From an uncultured Ignavibacteria bacterium (GTDB lineage: Bacteria > Zixibacteria > MSB-5A5 > CAIYYT01), in the NCBI GenBank assembly GCA_964468475.1, contig CAYXUL010000004.1:1811-63490 (forward strand): a stretch of 61,680 nucleotides of DNA, read 5' to 3'. The position numbers and the translations under genes were made by a program. Below the pieces are notes generated by a model, which was given only the letters and a program-made list of their open reading frames with translations, did not search any database and was not told the origin of the DNA. This document shows positions 39,177-47,447 of this stretch, one piece after another (position 1 is the first letter of the stretch; the number at the start of each line of letters is the position of its first letter).

Positions 39177-40811
39177 CTACCGGCTCTCACCCAGGTAGCG
39201 GTCAATGGCCTTGTCGAAGTAAGTGATCTCAGAGTGATCCTTCAGCACTGCGAGTGCCTTGTCGAGAAGGCTGTTGAATTGGCGTTGAAACATGATCTGC
39301 CGAATTGCGAGTTCGACTTCATCAAGTGACTTGAGTCGGCCCTGCTTCTTGTCAAGCAACCTGAAGATTATCCAGCCATCGGAGGTTGGAAAAGGACGAC
39401 TGGATGCCCCAATTTGCAGGGAGTCGAGATTGTCACGGATTTCCTCCGGAAACGCATTGAGCGTTGTCCAGTCGGTCTTTTCCATCACGCGCGGATCTCC
39501 GGTGACGAAGCGATCAGTCACGTAGTCGAAGTCACTGCCATCCTTAAGCAGTTGATAAGCGCTGTCTGCGCCGGCTTTGTCAGCGATGATGATACTGCGA
39601 AGTTGTAGCTTGCCCGGCTCACGGAAATCATCCTGGTGCTCGTTGTAGTATTTGGTGAATTCATCGCGGTTGAATGTTATCTGCGAGACGACGGTTTCCT
39701 TGAGGTAGATCTCCACCAGGGCGCTATCGCGAGTCTTGTCAAGCGCCGCGACAACTTTCGGGTCATTCTCAAGACCTGCGGCAACCCCTGACTGCAGTAG
39801 CGCCTGCTGTTGCAGCCACTGATCGATTGCTGCAGTCACAAGCGAATCCTTTGGGGCATTGGCGGCGTTCATCGCCAGCCGGGCTGTGGCCAGTCGCAAC
39901 TCGCTGTCAGTGAGCTTGCCGGTCTCACCGATGGTAGCGACGACATCATTGGTACCGATAAGGAATGTTGAATCCAGGACCGCCTCAGCATCAGAAGCAA
40001 TTGCCTTCGCGCGTTCGTTGTTGCGAGTGACTCCCAGTTGCTGCTCCAGGGAATCGACAAACGCCAGCCAATCGGCCTTTTGCTTATTGATTTTAAGCAC
40101 GCTGCGAATGTAGTTTTGCAGAGACGGCAGCTCTGTCTCGTCGGCGGGCGTTACCTGATCTACACGCATGAGCACGTAGGCATCATGGTAGGGAAACGGC
40201 CCGATCAACTGACCTTCTTTGGGGTCAGGCAGGTGAGTCCTCAGTTCATTCTCAATCTCTGCATAGTACATTAAACTGTGCGCGCCGCCCTGATAGCGGT
40301 GCACGTCGACTGAATTGGTCTTTGCGAGACTGTCCATCGGCGCTCCGGCGGCGATCATCTGCCTCAGGGAATCCGCTTTGCTACGGCTCAAAGTCGCAAT
40401 AGTTCTGATCTGAACTTTGAAGTACTTCTTGTCAAAGTAGTCCTTGATCTCGTCGTCGCTGACCTTTTTGTTAAACTTGTAATAGTTTTTCGCAAAACAC
40501 CGCTCGACATTCTTATCGCGTTCCCGCTCCATGAACTTCAGGAACGAGTCTTCGTCGGCCATACCGATAGCATTGGCTTCCTGTATGATGAGCCTGTCAT
40601 TTACGAGCTTATCCACGAGTTTGCGATAGTCAAATTTCATTTTCGAGTTGTTGCTCATAGAATCGTGAATCGTGGAAAAGATATCGTCGACGTCCGTTGT
40701 CGTGATCGAATCGCCGTTGACTACAGCCAGCACCTCCTGCGCCAGCGCTCTGCTACCGTCGACTATGAGCAAACCGAGGAGCAGTGTGAGTAAAATCCTG
40801 AAGCCTTGCAT
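39177..40811 (-). CDS. SurA-like periplasmic chaperone / parvulin-type peptidyl-prolyl isomerase
   Basis: The start is set at ATG 40811 (MQGFRILLTLLLGLLIVDGSRALA). The SurA_N-like opening is VLAVVNGDSITTTDVD. There are two rotamase-like segments (QIRTIATLSRSKADSL..., LQLRSIIIADKAGADSAYQLLKDGSDF). Confidence 0.75.
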   Translation of the reverse strand: MQGFRILLTLLLGLLIVDGSRALAQEVLAVVNGDSITTTDVDDIFSTIHDSMSNNSKMKFDYRKLVDKLVNDRLIIQEANAIGMADEDSFLKFMERERDKNVERCFAKNYYKFNKKVSDDEIKDYFDKKYFKVQIRTIATLSRSKADSLRQMIAAGAPMDSLAKTNSVDVHRYQGGAHSLMYYAEIENELRTHLPDPKEGQLIGPFPYHDAYVLMRVDQVTPADETELPSLQNYIRSVLKINKQKADWLAFVDSLEQQLGVTRNNERAKAIASDAEAVLDSTFLIGTNDVVATIGETGKLTDSELRLATARLAMNAANAPKDSLVTAAIDQWLQQQALLQSGVAAGLENDPKVVAALDKTRDSALVEIYLKETVVSQITFNRDEFTKYYNEHQDDFREPGKLQLRSIIIADKAGADSAYQLLKDGSDFDYVTDRFVTGDPRVMEKTDWTTLNAFPEEIRDNLDSLQIGASSRPFPTSDGWIIFRLLDKKQGRLKSLDEVELAIRQIMFQRQFNSLLDKALAVLKDHSEITYFDKAIDRYLGESR

Positions 40812-40815
40812 TAAT

Positions 40816-41946
40816 CTACCTCTGCACCGTTTCGTGTTGAATAGTCTTGTTGCTGGAGACTCCCGTGCGCCGTTCCCGCACGAGCCGCTTCCACATCGTC
40901 TCCACCAGTGATTGCGTTGTCCTGCCGATTGAATATTCTCTCCCCGAGCCGAACAGGGCGTTGACCGTGGCGCCGTTTCGCTGGTCGTTGACAGCAGAGA
41001 GTACAACTCCGCTCTGGGGGTCGGTGAGACGCAGACTCAAGCCGACTACCGGCCCCGCCTGGGAAACTCGGCCCCGTAACGGCAAGAACTCAAAAACTGT
41101 GCCGCTCACCAAAGCAGTGACATTCAGGCTGTCCGACAGTTCTTTCATGCCAACCTCGGTTGCCGATCCTATATAGAGCTGCCGGCTGCGGGTCAAAATG
41201 CGAGTCACATCACCGGGCTCAGCGACCGGGTATCCCAGCTGCCATACCTCGGCAAGTAGCAGATCTGATACCACGTCGCCCGCGGTCAGATAAAGTGTCG
41301 AATGATCGCAGGGGATTACCGCGAGCTTGCCGCTCTGCAGCAGCTTTCTGGCCTGCTTGCTGACTTTCGGCACTTTGAAGTTTGAGCCGGCGAAATGAGA
41401 ATCAAAATCCTTCATCAGCTCCCGAATTACTCTCGATGTTACTTTGCTCATTGAAGACGTCTCACCAATCCCCAGAAGCCCGCCGTAATCTTCTCCCGCT
41501 GCCGAGACGCACTTGGCCCAAACGACTTCCAGGGAGCGGCAGTCGTAGACCCTCAGGCAGAGTGACAATTCGGGTAGCTCTCCCGGTTGGTAGATTTCGA
41601 TTGCGCCGGTGACAACGAATCTGACACCGAGCCCTTGATTCAGTTCAGACGCTGCCACGGAGTTAACCACTCCCACGAGTCGCAGCCTATTCGAGCGCAT
41701 GAAGTCTCTGAGTGAATCACCGGTAATTAGATTACAGCGTTGCTCCAACTCGGACTTCACCGCGGATTCAACCGAATCGCGGGCTTCATTGAATTCGCTG
41801 TAGTTGGCCAACGGCACCAGCGCAAACCTTGTGGCAGCACTCTCAATTGTTGCTTTGGCCCCGGGGGCAAAAACAAGAATAAATAGAGCACATATCATCA
41901 AGATTGCGCTGTAGTCTCTTAGCATTGTTCTTGTGTCGTCAGCCAT
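40816..41946 (-). CDS. periplasmic/OM-associated protein with two tandem CsgG/LpoB/TolB-N-like domains
   Basis: 376 aa with an N-terminal hydrophobic anchor. Two repeats follow the pattern (F/L)A(L/V)(V/I)P...(spacing)...(V/A)L(V/I).G(T/A)(V/I), matching the neighbouring lipoprotein. Confidence 0.55.
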   Translation of the reverse strand: MADDTRTMLRDYSAILMICALFILVFAPGAKATIESAATRFALVPLANYSEFNEARDSVESAVKSELEQRCNLITGDSLRDFMRSNRLRLVGVVNSVAASELNQGLGVRFVVTGAIEIYQPGELPELSLCLRVYDCRSLEVVWAKCVSAAGEDYGGLLGIGETSSMSKVTSRVIRELMKDFDSHFAGSNFKVPKVSKQARKLLQSGKLAVIPCDHSTLYLTAGDVVSDLLLAEVWQLGYPVAEPGDVTRILTRSRQLYIGSATEVGMKELSDSLNVTALVSGTVFEFLPLRGRVSQAGPVVGLSLRLTDPQSGVVLSAVNDQRNGATVNALFGSGREYSIGRTTQSLVETMWKRLVRERRTGVSSNKTIQHETVQR

Positions 41947-41961
41947 CTTTTGACTTCAGTC

Positions 41962-42585
41962 TCAGTCGATTAGTGTATCGATAGTTTTGCGCACGCAACG
42001 TCGCGCAACTTCGCTATAGGAGCGCTGTTCCGTTCCGAAGAGCGATGACAAAAACGTGCGACTGCCCTCAGTGTCGGTAGCCGACCACACGATTTGTCCT
42101 TCCTCAGTCTCCATCATGCGGACATCGAGAGTTACAACTGTGGCCGGGCCGCCACTCGAGCGATTATTGGTCGACTCATTGACAGTGCCGATAATAAGTG
42201 CCTGCACGCCCAGCGTCTTACCCAGTTCCTTAATCTGATCCACCGTGAGCAGGTCTTTGCGCGGCAGCGTATATTTTCCCAGCGCCTTGATTACTTCTCC
42301 CGGCTCCACAATGTCGAATGCTTCCGCTGCCAGCAACTCTGTCATAAACAAGTGCGTCAGTCGTGGTCCTGCGCCTTGATCATTGGAAAGATTTTCAAAC
42401 GGAACTATCGCGACCCGTTCTACATAGGCGAAATTGTAATCCCGGTTCAGGAACACTGTTGGTTTGACTGTCGAGCAGCCGGAGAGCAAAAGTGCAAAAA
42501 GAACAGCAAGCGAGATGACTGCCGGGAGAGTCGCGTGAACAGTCTTCGCGGTAAGTCGGAGTTGATTCTTAGTAGTGTATTTCAT
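41962..42585 (-). CDS. lipoprotein, DUF799/LpoB/CsgG-like fold suspected
   Basis: Lipobox LLSGC. VAIVPFENLSNDQGAG ... LGVQALIIGTVNE ... VTLDVRMMETEEGQIVWSA is the pattern shared by CsgG, LpoB, PelC-like and TolB-N-like ring lipoproteins. Confidence 0.65.
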   Translation of the reverse strand: MKYTTKNQLRLTAKTVHATLPAVISLAVLFALLLSGCSTVKPTVFLNRDYNFAYVERVAIVPFENLSNDQGAGPRLTHLFMTELLAAEAFDIVEPGEVIKALGKYTLPRKDLLTVDQIKELGKTLGVQALIIGTVNESTNNRSSGGPATVVTLDVRMMETEEGQIVWSATDTEGSRTFLSSLFGTEQRSYSEVARRCVRKTIDTLID

Positions 42586-44696
42586 TAGAATCCCGTCCTG
42601 ATTCCGATCCTGAAGGACATCGTTGAAACTCCACCGGTGCCGGTAAGATCATTTTCTTGAACTGTACCGGTAAGCGTGGTACGACGCGTCAGGCTATAGT
42701 CAATTTGCGCTCCGTAACGCTCAGTACGAGAACCGGCATCGAAACTAAGCAGATAGGCGCTGGCGCTGGTGCTGACTTTTGGAGTCATGCGCCAGGTGAA
42801 GATAAAGTTCTGTGTCAGGCTGCGAACCAGAGCGTCCTCGATACTGTTGATATTGCCGCGCAGTTGCATATTTTCGCTGATCATGTAGGTGAACCCCAGC
42901 AGGTACTCTTTTCTGACGATCAGTCCCACTTCGTTCTCAGTGGTCTCACGGTAGCGATAGCTGGCCTGGCCTTCAAGCCACTGAGTCAGGCTGCCGATCA
43001 GGTAGGCCCGATATGACCAGCTATCCAGCTGTCGCGCGACCTGATTCAGCCTCGTTCGATTCAGTCCCACTTCCTGATTTAACTTCAGTTGAGGAAATAG
43101 ATCCGCACCCGCTCTTACAAAAGCGTTGTAGAACTCTTCCGACCGGAAACTGCTGATATAGTTGGCTCTGGCGTACGCTGAAGCCGTCAAATCGAGAGTT
43201 CTGATCGGAAGATACTCAAGCGAGTACCCTCCCGAGGTCGAGCGGTTTACTTCGATCATTGTGTTCTTGATATCGAGGAGGGCGAGCTCGCCTTGAATGG
43301 TCTGATGAAGATTGTCACTGATCTTATGACGAATGGATGAATTGAAGTAAGCCTCCCTGCGTCCCGGATCCTGCGCATTGCCCGGCTCGTCCCGAAGTGT
43401 GACATTTACATTGGACGACAGGTTACTTGAAAGGTGCACGGTGTTAGTAAGATCGATTTCATGGAAGAAGTTGTCGAGGGACAACTTGCTGGTTTGATTC
43501 ACATGCACAAATGCCTGCATTTCGGTTACAAACACCGAGTCGCTCAAATTGAAGCCGCTATTGACTACCTTGATGTAGCGTGTGGTAGTCTTATCGAATG
43601 AGATTTCATAGCGACTGAAACCGGGGCTGAAAACCGACTGGGCCCTACCCTGGCTTTGCCAGAACACGGCATCCTCCGAAGTAAATACCGTCCAGGCTAC
43701 CGAGTTGTCCGAAGGGACATCTGTGTAGATGTAGAGCATGTCGACGTCGCGCGCCGAACCAAGATCGGCGCCAATATTCCAGCCAGTGTTCCCGTCGCCG
43801 ATATTTATCGGCGGTACCGTTTCGCTGGTAACATCGCCGTCTGCCAAAGCGAGCACCGTATCAAGACCACCGGTCTCAGGCGACTCGTCACGAGCCGCCA
43901 GCCCGGCGAAAATCGGGATTTCACGTGGGATCGAGCCACCTGTCAGGTTCTCGTCCGTCTGTACCCGATAGTCGCCTCGGTAGCTAATCGACGACCGTAC
44001 GCTGCCGCCAATCCAGTTGAGTGATTGCTGTAACCGCAGTGAGTGATGCGTTGTCGAGCTGCGCAACTCGCGGGACCAGTCATCGGTTACGCGTCGTTTG
44101 AATGAATATTGGACCGAGGATCGCAGGGAATTATAGCCCGTCCCCAGTTCCAGAATTTGATCGCGGGTATCACGGTCGCTGCGATCTACCTGATTGTATC
44201 TTTTCTCATACCCCAAGTTGGCCTTCACATAGGGATAATTGGGAACCTGCGACTTGATTGTAACGCTGGCGATTTGCGTAACCAGTTCGATGCTTCGGTC
44301 GTTACTCTTGGTTTCCTGGTACTGACCGAGGCCGGTAACGGAAAAGGCCCGCTGCCGCCAATAGGCTTCAACGCTGGGCTGCAATTCAGAACGCCAGTTG
44401 TTTGGCCCGTCGCTCTGAGTAACGCCCACGTTGTAGTAGCGCAAGGAGGTGCGTCCCAGCAGATTCTTGCTGAATTGTTGCTGCCAGCCCAGCACGTACT
44501 CCTGGTCGAGATTCTCTCGTTTCTGGACATCGGTTTCTGACTGAAAGAAGCCGACTCGCAGCCGTCCCGATAGATTCTGTGAAATCCGTGCTTGTACTGA
44601 ACCGGCAAGAAGGAGGGTGACCGCGAAAGCGGATATGGCAGTGGTAGGCAGTCCCGTCCAAACCTTCTGTCGTTTTACTCGTTTCAATTCTCTCAA
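42585..44696 (-). CDS. large outer-membrane beta-barrel protein with an inserted F5/8-type-C (discoidin)-like domain
   Basis: 703 aa with a TTG start and a signal peptide ending in SVQA. Amphipathic beta-strand periodicity at both ends. C-terminus is ...FRIGIRTGF (terminal Phe). The central insert is residues ~255-398. The stop overlaps the next ATG (TAATG). Confidence 0.8.
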   Translation of the reverse strand: MRELKRVKRQKVWTGLPTTAISAFAVTLLLAGSVQARISQNLSGRLRVGFFQSETDVQKRENLDQEYVLGWQQQFSKNLLGRTSLRYYNVGVTQSDGPNNWRSELQPSVEAYWRQRAFSVTGLGQYQETKSNDRSIELVTQIASVTIKSQVPNYPYVKANLGYEKRYNQVDRSDRDTRDQILELGTGYNSLRSSVQYSFKRRVTDDWSRELRSSTTHHSLRLQQSLNWIGGSVRSSISYRGDYRVQTDENLTGGSIPREIPIFAGLAARDESPETGGLDTVLALADGDVTSETVPPINIGDGNTGWNIGADLGSARDVDMLYIYTDVPSDNSVAWTVFTSEDAVFWQSQGRAQSVFSPGFSRYEISFDKTTTRYIKVVNSGFNLSDSVFVTEMQAFVHVNQTSKLSLDNFFHEIDLTNTVHLSSNLSSNVNVTLRDEPGNAQDPGRREAYFNSSIRHKISDNLHQTIQGELALLDIKNTMIEVNRSTSGGYSLEYLPIRTLDLTASAYARANYISSFRSEEFYNAFVRAGADLFPQLKLNQEVGLNRTRLNQVARQLDSWSYRAYLIGSLTQWLEGQASYRYRETTENEVGLIVRKEYLLGFTYMISENMQLRGNINSIEDALVRSLTQNFIFTWRMTPKVSTSASAYLLSFDAGSRTERYGAQIDYSLTRRTTLTGTVQENDLTGTGGVSTMSFRIGIRTGF

Positions 44697-44712
44697 AAGT
44701 CTCCACTTAACA

Positions 44713-44742
44713 GGGCACCCGACCCGACTGGGTCGGGCGCCT
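44713..44742 (-). other. GC-rich intercistronic stem-loop immediately downstream of the omcS-like gene
   Basis: GGGCACCCGACCC-gact-GGGTCGGGCGCC(T). An 8-bp perfect core is extended by 3-4 bp after one mismatch. It sits in the 111-nt gap before the barrel gene and has no clear U-tract. Confidence 0.5.
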
Positions 44743-44807
44743 GTTTGTGCCCTAAAACGATTTCAAGGTCAGAAGGGCTATAAGATTCGGTAACTTCGGC
44801 TCAGCCG

Positions 44808-45863
44808 TTAGAACGGCATCTCGTCGCCGGCATCCTTCACGTGGCACTTGTTGCACAGTGAGCGCTGGTTCGGGTTGTTGTATGGATCCGGGATCGCATA
44901 CGAACCGGACTCAACTCCATCCTCGTCGAGGAAGGTGACATTCATATCCCAACGGGTAGCGTCGGGAGCTGATGTCGCGTGTGCACGGTGACAGGTGATG
45001 CAGGAAACCTGGCTGCTAGCCGTCGGTCCGGCGGTAGACGTAGTCGTATTGGCCGGGTCTTCAAACGGAACCTCTGCAAGATACGCCGTAGCCTGAGTCC
45101 CACCGGTCTGGTCCACAGTGCCGTTGTACAGGTTATAAGCATTGGCAATAGTGCCGCCTATAGTCACACCGGACGGGTGGATCAGCTTGGTGCCGTTGTT
45201 GTGGAAGTCGCCGTGGCAGTTTCCGCACCACGCACTCATACCACCTTTGTAGGCGGTGTGGCTGGTCTGGCTCTCCGAACCGGAGTTAATGCTGATTCCC
45301 TCGGCATCGGGAGCCGCATTGGTGAAGGAATACAGGCCGTCCTGAACCGAGGCAATGCCATAAAGCAGACGGAAATTGGTGTTTCCGTGCGGGTCGTGGC
45401 AACTGGTGCACTCAAGGTTGGCAGCCGGGAAGGTACCCCCCGGAGCCGTAGTCAGTGTACCATCGGGGCCGGAACCCATGCTGGGAGCGTTGACATTATG
45501 GCCGGCAAAGGAACCTGGAATAGGATTGCTTGCTCCGGCATGGCCGTCGTTAATGTTGTCTTCAGAAAGAAAGACAAAATTACCGCCACCCTTCTCCGGG
45601 GGCGGAGCCAGCGGGTCAGCTCCCCACACGGCACCATGACTGGTGGCATGGCAGGAGAGACACACGTCGGAAGCAGAAGCATACTTCAGCAAATAAGCAT
45701 TGCCGTTCGGGTTAGACGCATCCACTAATGCGCCGTCTTGGCTGTTGTGCATCGTATGACAGCCGCTGCAGTGGGCTACGCCGGCATCGTGGAACCCCAT
45801 CGCTACGCCGCTGAAGAGAATCGGTAGCGAGAGAGCTACTGCGATGATTAGAAGCTTACGCAT
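44808..45863 (-). CDS. omcS: OmcS-family hexaheme c-type cytochrome (candidate filament/nanowire subunit)
   Basis: 351 aa with 6 CxxCH. Blocks are collinear with my recollection of G. sulfurreducens OmcS. These are G|FHDAGVAHCSGCHTMHNS (OmcS FHSGGVAECEGCHTMHNS), TLTTAPGGTFPAANLECTSCHDPHG (OmcS TLTTAPGGTFPANQLHCSSCHDPHG), GMSAWCGNCHGDFHN, GTQATAYLAEVPFED, VSCITCHRAHAT and QRSLCNKCHVKD. Confidence 0.8.
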   Translation of the reverse strand: MRKLLIIAVALSLPILFSGVAMGFHDAGVAHCSGCHTMHNSQDGALVDASNPNGNAYLLKYASASDVCLSCHATSHGAVWGADPLAPPPEKGGGNFVFLSEDNINDGHAGASNPIPGSFAGHNVNAPSMGSGPDGTLTTAPGGTFPAANLECTSCHDPHGNTNFRLLYGIASVQDGLYSFTNAAPDAEGISINSGSESQTSHTAYKGGMSAWCGNCHGDFHNNGTKLIHPSGVTIGGTIANAYNLYNGTVDQTGGTQATAYLAEVPFEDPANTTTSTAGPTASSQVSCITCHRAHATSAPDATRWDMNVTFLDEDGVESGSYAIPDPYNNPNQRSLCNKCHVKDAGDEMPF

Positions 45864-45925
45864 AGTTAAAAAACCTCCGAGATTTACTCACTTAAAAGAG
45901 CTAGAATAAAAGGGGTTAAGCTTGG

Positions 45926-47002
45926 TTAGCGCATCACCTCCTTTGCAGAATTTTCTGGCAGTTGTGGTGGAAGAGAACTTTGAACAGGTCCATTTTCTGA
46001 GGTGCTATCCGGCCCATTCTCCAGCGAATCAAGCCGCTGCCTGATGAAATCCGGTAAGTCACAAACCTGAACGCGATTCATGAAGCGCTGCGAAATATAC
46101 AAACGCCCTTGGTTATCATGATCAATATAGGCAGGATGGTAAAAATCCCCCGGTTTCACTCCCATACCGCCGAACTCGCCCAGGAACTGCCCATTGGTTG
46201 AATAACACACTACTGCAAATCGATGTTTGTCCAGAACGGCAGCGATCTTGTGGTCAATGATCGTTACGTCGCTGGGGAAATTCAGCTCACCCGCCAGGTT
46301 TCCCCGTATTCCGAACGCCCGCACAAACTGGCCGCCTACGTCGTAGACGTAAACCTGTCCGAGCATCGGCGCCGGAAGGTAGAGGTGGTTGCCATCAATC
46401 TCGGGCTGTCCCAATATGGATTCCCTCCTTGACTTCTCGGTCAGGTCTCCCAGGACAGCAAATTGAGATTGGAATTTCCCTTCGGTATTGATCACGACAA
46501 CACTGAGATCAGCCCCGTTGACAACATAGATCAAATCGTTTTCTGAAATATTCATGGAAAGCGGCGCAAACCGGAAGCCCTCCGGAGTGTCGGAGAGTTC
46601 CAGCTGACCCAGCAGAAGTCCGTCATAGTCTACTTTGAAAATATGTGCGCCATCGGCCGTTGTACCGAGAACATAGATGTACCCGCGTGAATCAACTACC
46701 ACCGAGCCCACGTTGCGAAAGACATCTTTGCCGCCAAATTCGAACAGGTAAACACCGGCAGTATCTAAAACAACGACACGATTATTGCCCGGATCTGTCA
46801 CAAAGACTTCGCCGGCGCGCCGGTCAATAAATACATTCTCAGGCCTCAGGAAACCGTTGCCGGCCCCCGGCATCTCCAGCAAGCGCACGAATTCGGTCCT
46901 CACCGACAGGTCATCCCTGCTCTGTGCAAAGCTGGGGGCCGAACAGACAGTAACTGCCAAAAGCAAGGCAGCCACCGAAATGGACAAAGAATCGAGGTCC
47001 AT
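45926..47002 (-). CDS. NHL-repeat beta-propeller protein, secreted
   Basis: The start is set at ATG 47002 (MDLDSLSISVAALLLAVTVCSAPSFAQ). It has repeated NHL-type blades (VFVTDPGNNRVVVLDTAGVYLFEFG, IYVLGT..., LYISQRFMNRVQV). Confidence 0.8.
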   Translation of the reverse strand: MDLDSLSISVAALLLAVTVCSAPSFAQSRDDLSVRTEFVRLLEMPGAGNGFLRPENVFIDRRAGEVFVTDPGNNRVVVLDTAGVYLFEFGGKDVFRNVGSVVVDSRGYIYVLGTTADGAHIFKVDYDGLLLGQLELSDTPEGFRFAPLSMNISENDLIYVVNGADLSVVVINTEGKFQSQFAVLGDLTEKSRRESILGQPEIDGNHLYLPAPMLGQVYVYDVGGQFVRAFGIRGNLAGELNFPSDVTIIDHKIAAVLDKHRFAVVCYSTNGQFLGEFGGMGVKPGDFYHPAYIDHDNQGRLYISQRFMNRVQVCDLPDFIRQRLDSLENGPDSTSENGPVQSSLPPQLPENSAKEVMR

Positions 47003-47094
47003 CCGTGGGCAGAACTTCCGTTGTGTATGATTACTAAGCCAACCCATGCTGTCTGTTAAAAAGTCCTCAAGCGAAACCACCTATTCGCTTTACA

Positions 47095-47112
47095 TAGTGA
47101 ATTGATTCACAA
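47095..47112. promoter_or_regulatory. Rex/CRP-type palindromic operator candidate, TAGTGAA-TTGA-TTCACAA
   Basis: It matches TTGTGAA-N4-TTCACAA at 13 of the 14 arm positions. It lies ~100 nt upstream of ATG 47002 and 95 bp (centre to centre) from the other site. Confidence 0.5.
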
Positions 47113-47189
47113 GGAAAGTTCAAAAAAACAGCAGAACGCCCTAAAAAACTAATCTATAAAGGCTAACGTGGAAATCGCCACCTAACTCG

Positions 47190-47207
47190 TTGTGATTTTT
47201 TTCACAT
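47190..47207. promoter_or_regulatory. Rex/CRP-type palindromic operator candidate, TTGTGAT-TTTT-TTCACAT
   Basis: The core TGTGA-N6-TCACA is perfect (47191-47206). It lies ~196 nt upstream of the NHL/omcS-like operon start (47002, minus strand). Confidence 0.55.
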
Positions 47208-47447
47208 GAGCAGGTAAAGCTTGAGCTGCAAGGCGAGACTATTTTGTACAATGAACTAACCCTGAAATCGACTTATATTCGTTCGGCGATATGATAGACA
47301 ATTAGCTCGGGAAAGCAAGCGAAAAAAAGTACCTTTTTGTATCTTTTTTGGAATTCTGCTTTAATCAGGAATGATTTGTCCCTGTAATTTGCGAAGTTTC
47401 AAGCGCTTCTGTTTTGAAGTCAGGGCGTGTGGAGAGCTGATGAGTCG

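Noticed and set aside
39140-41006. Long N-terminal extensions of the 26-heme ORF (to 39205) and the SurA-like ORF (to 41006)
   Set aside because: The extensions overlap upstream genes and are Arg/Cys-rich. Internal ATGs at 39139 and 40811 give proper signal peptides and short intergenic spacers.
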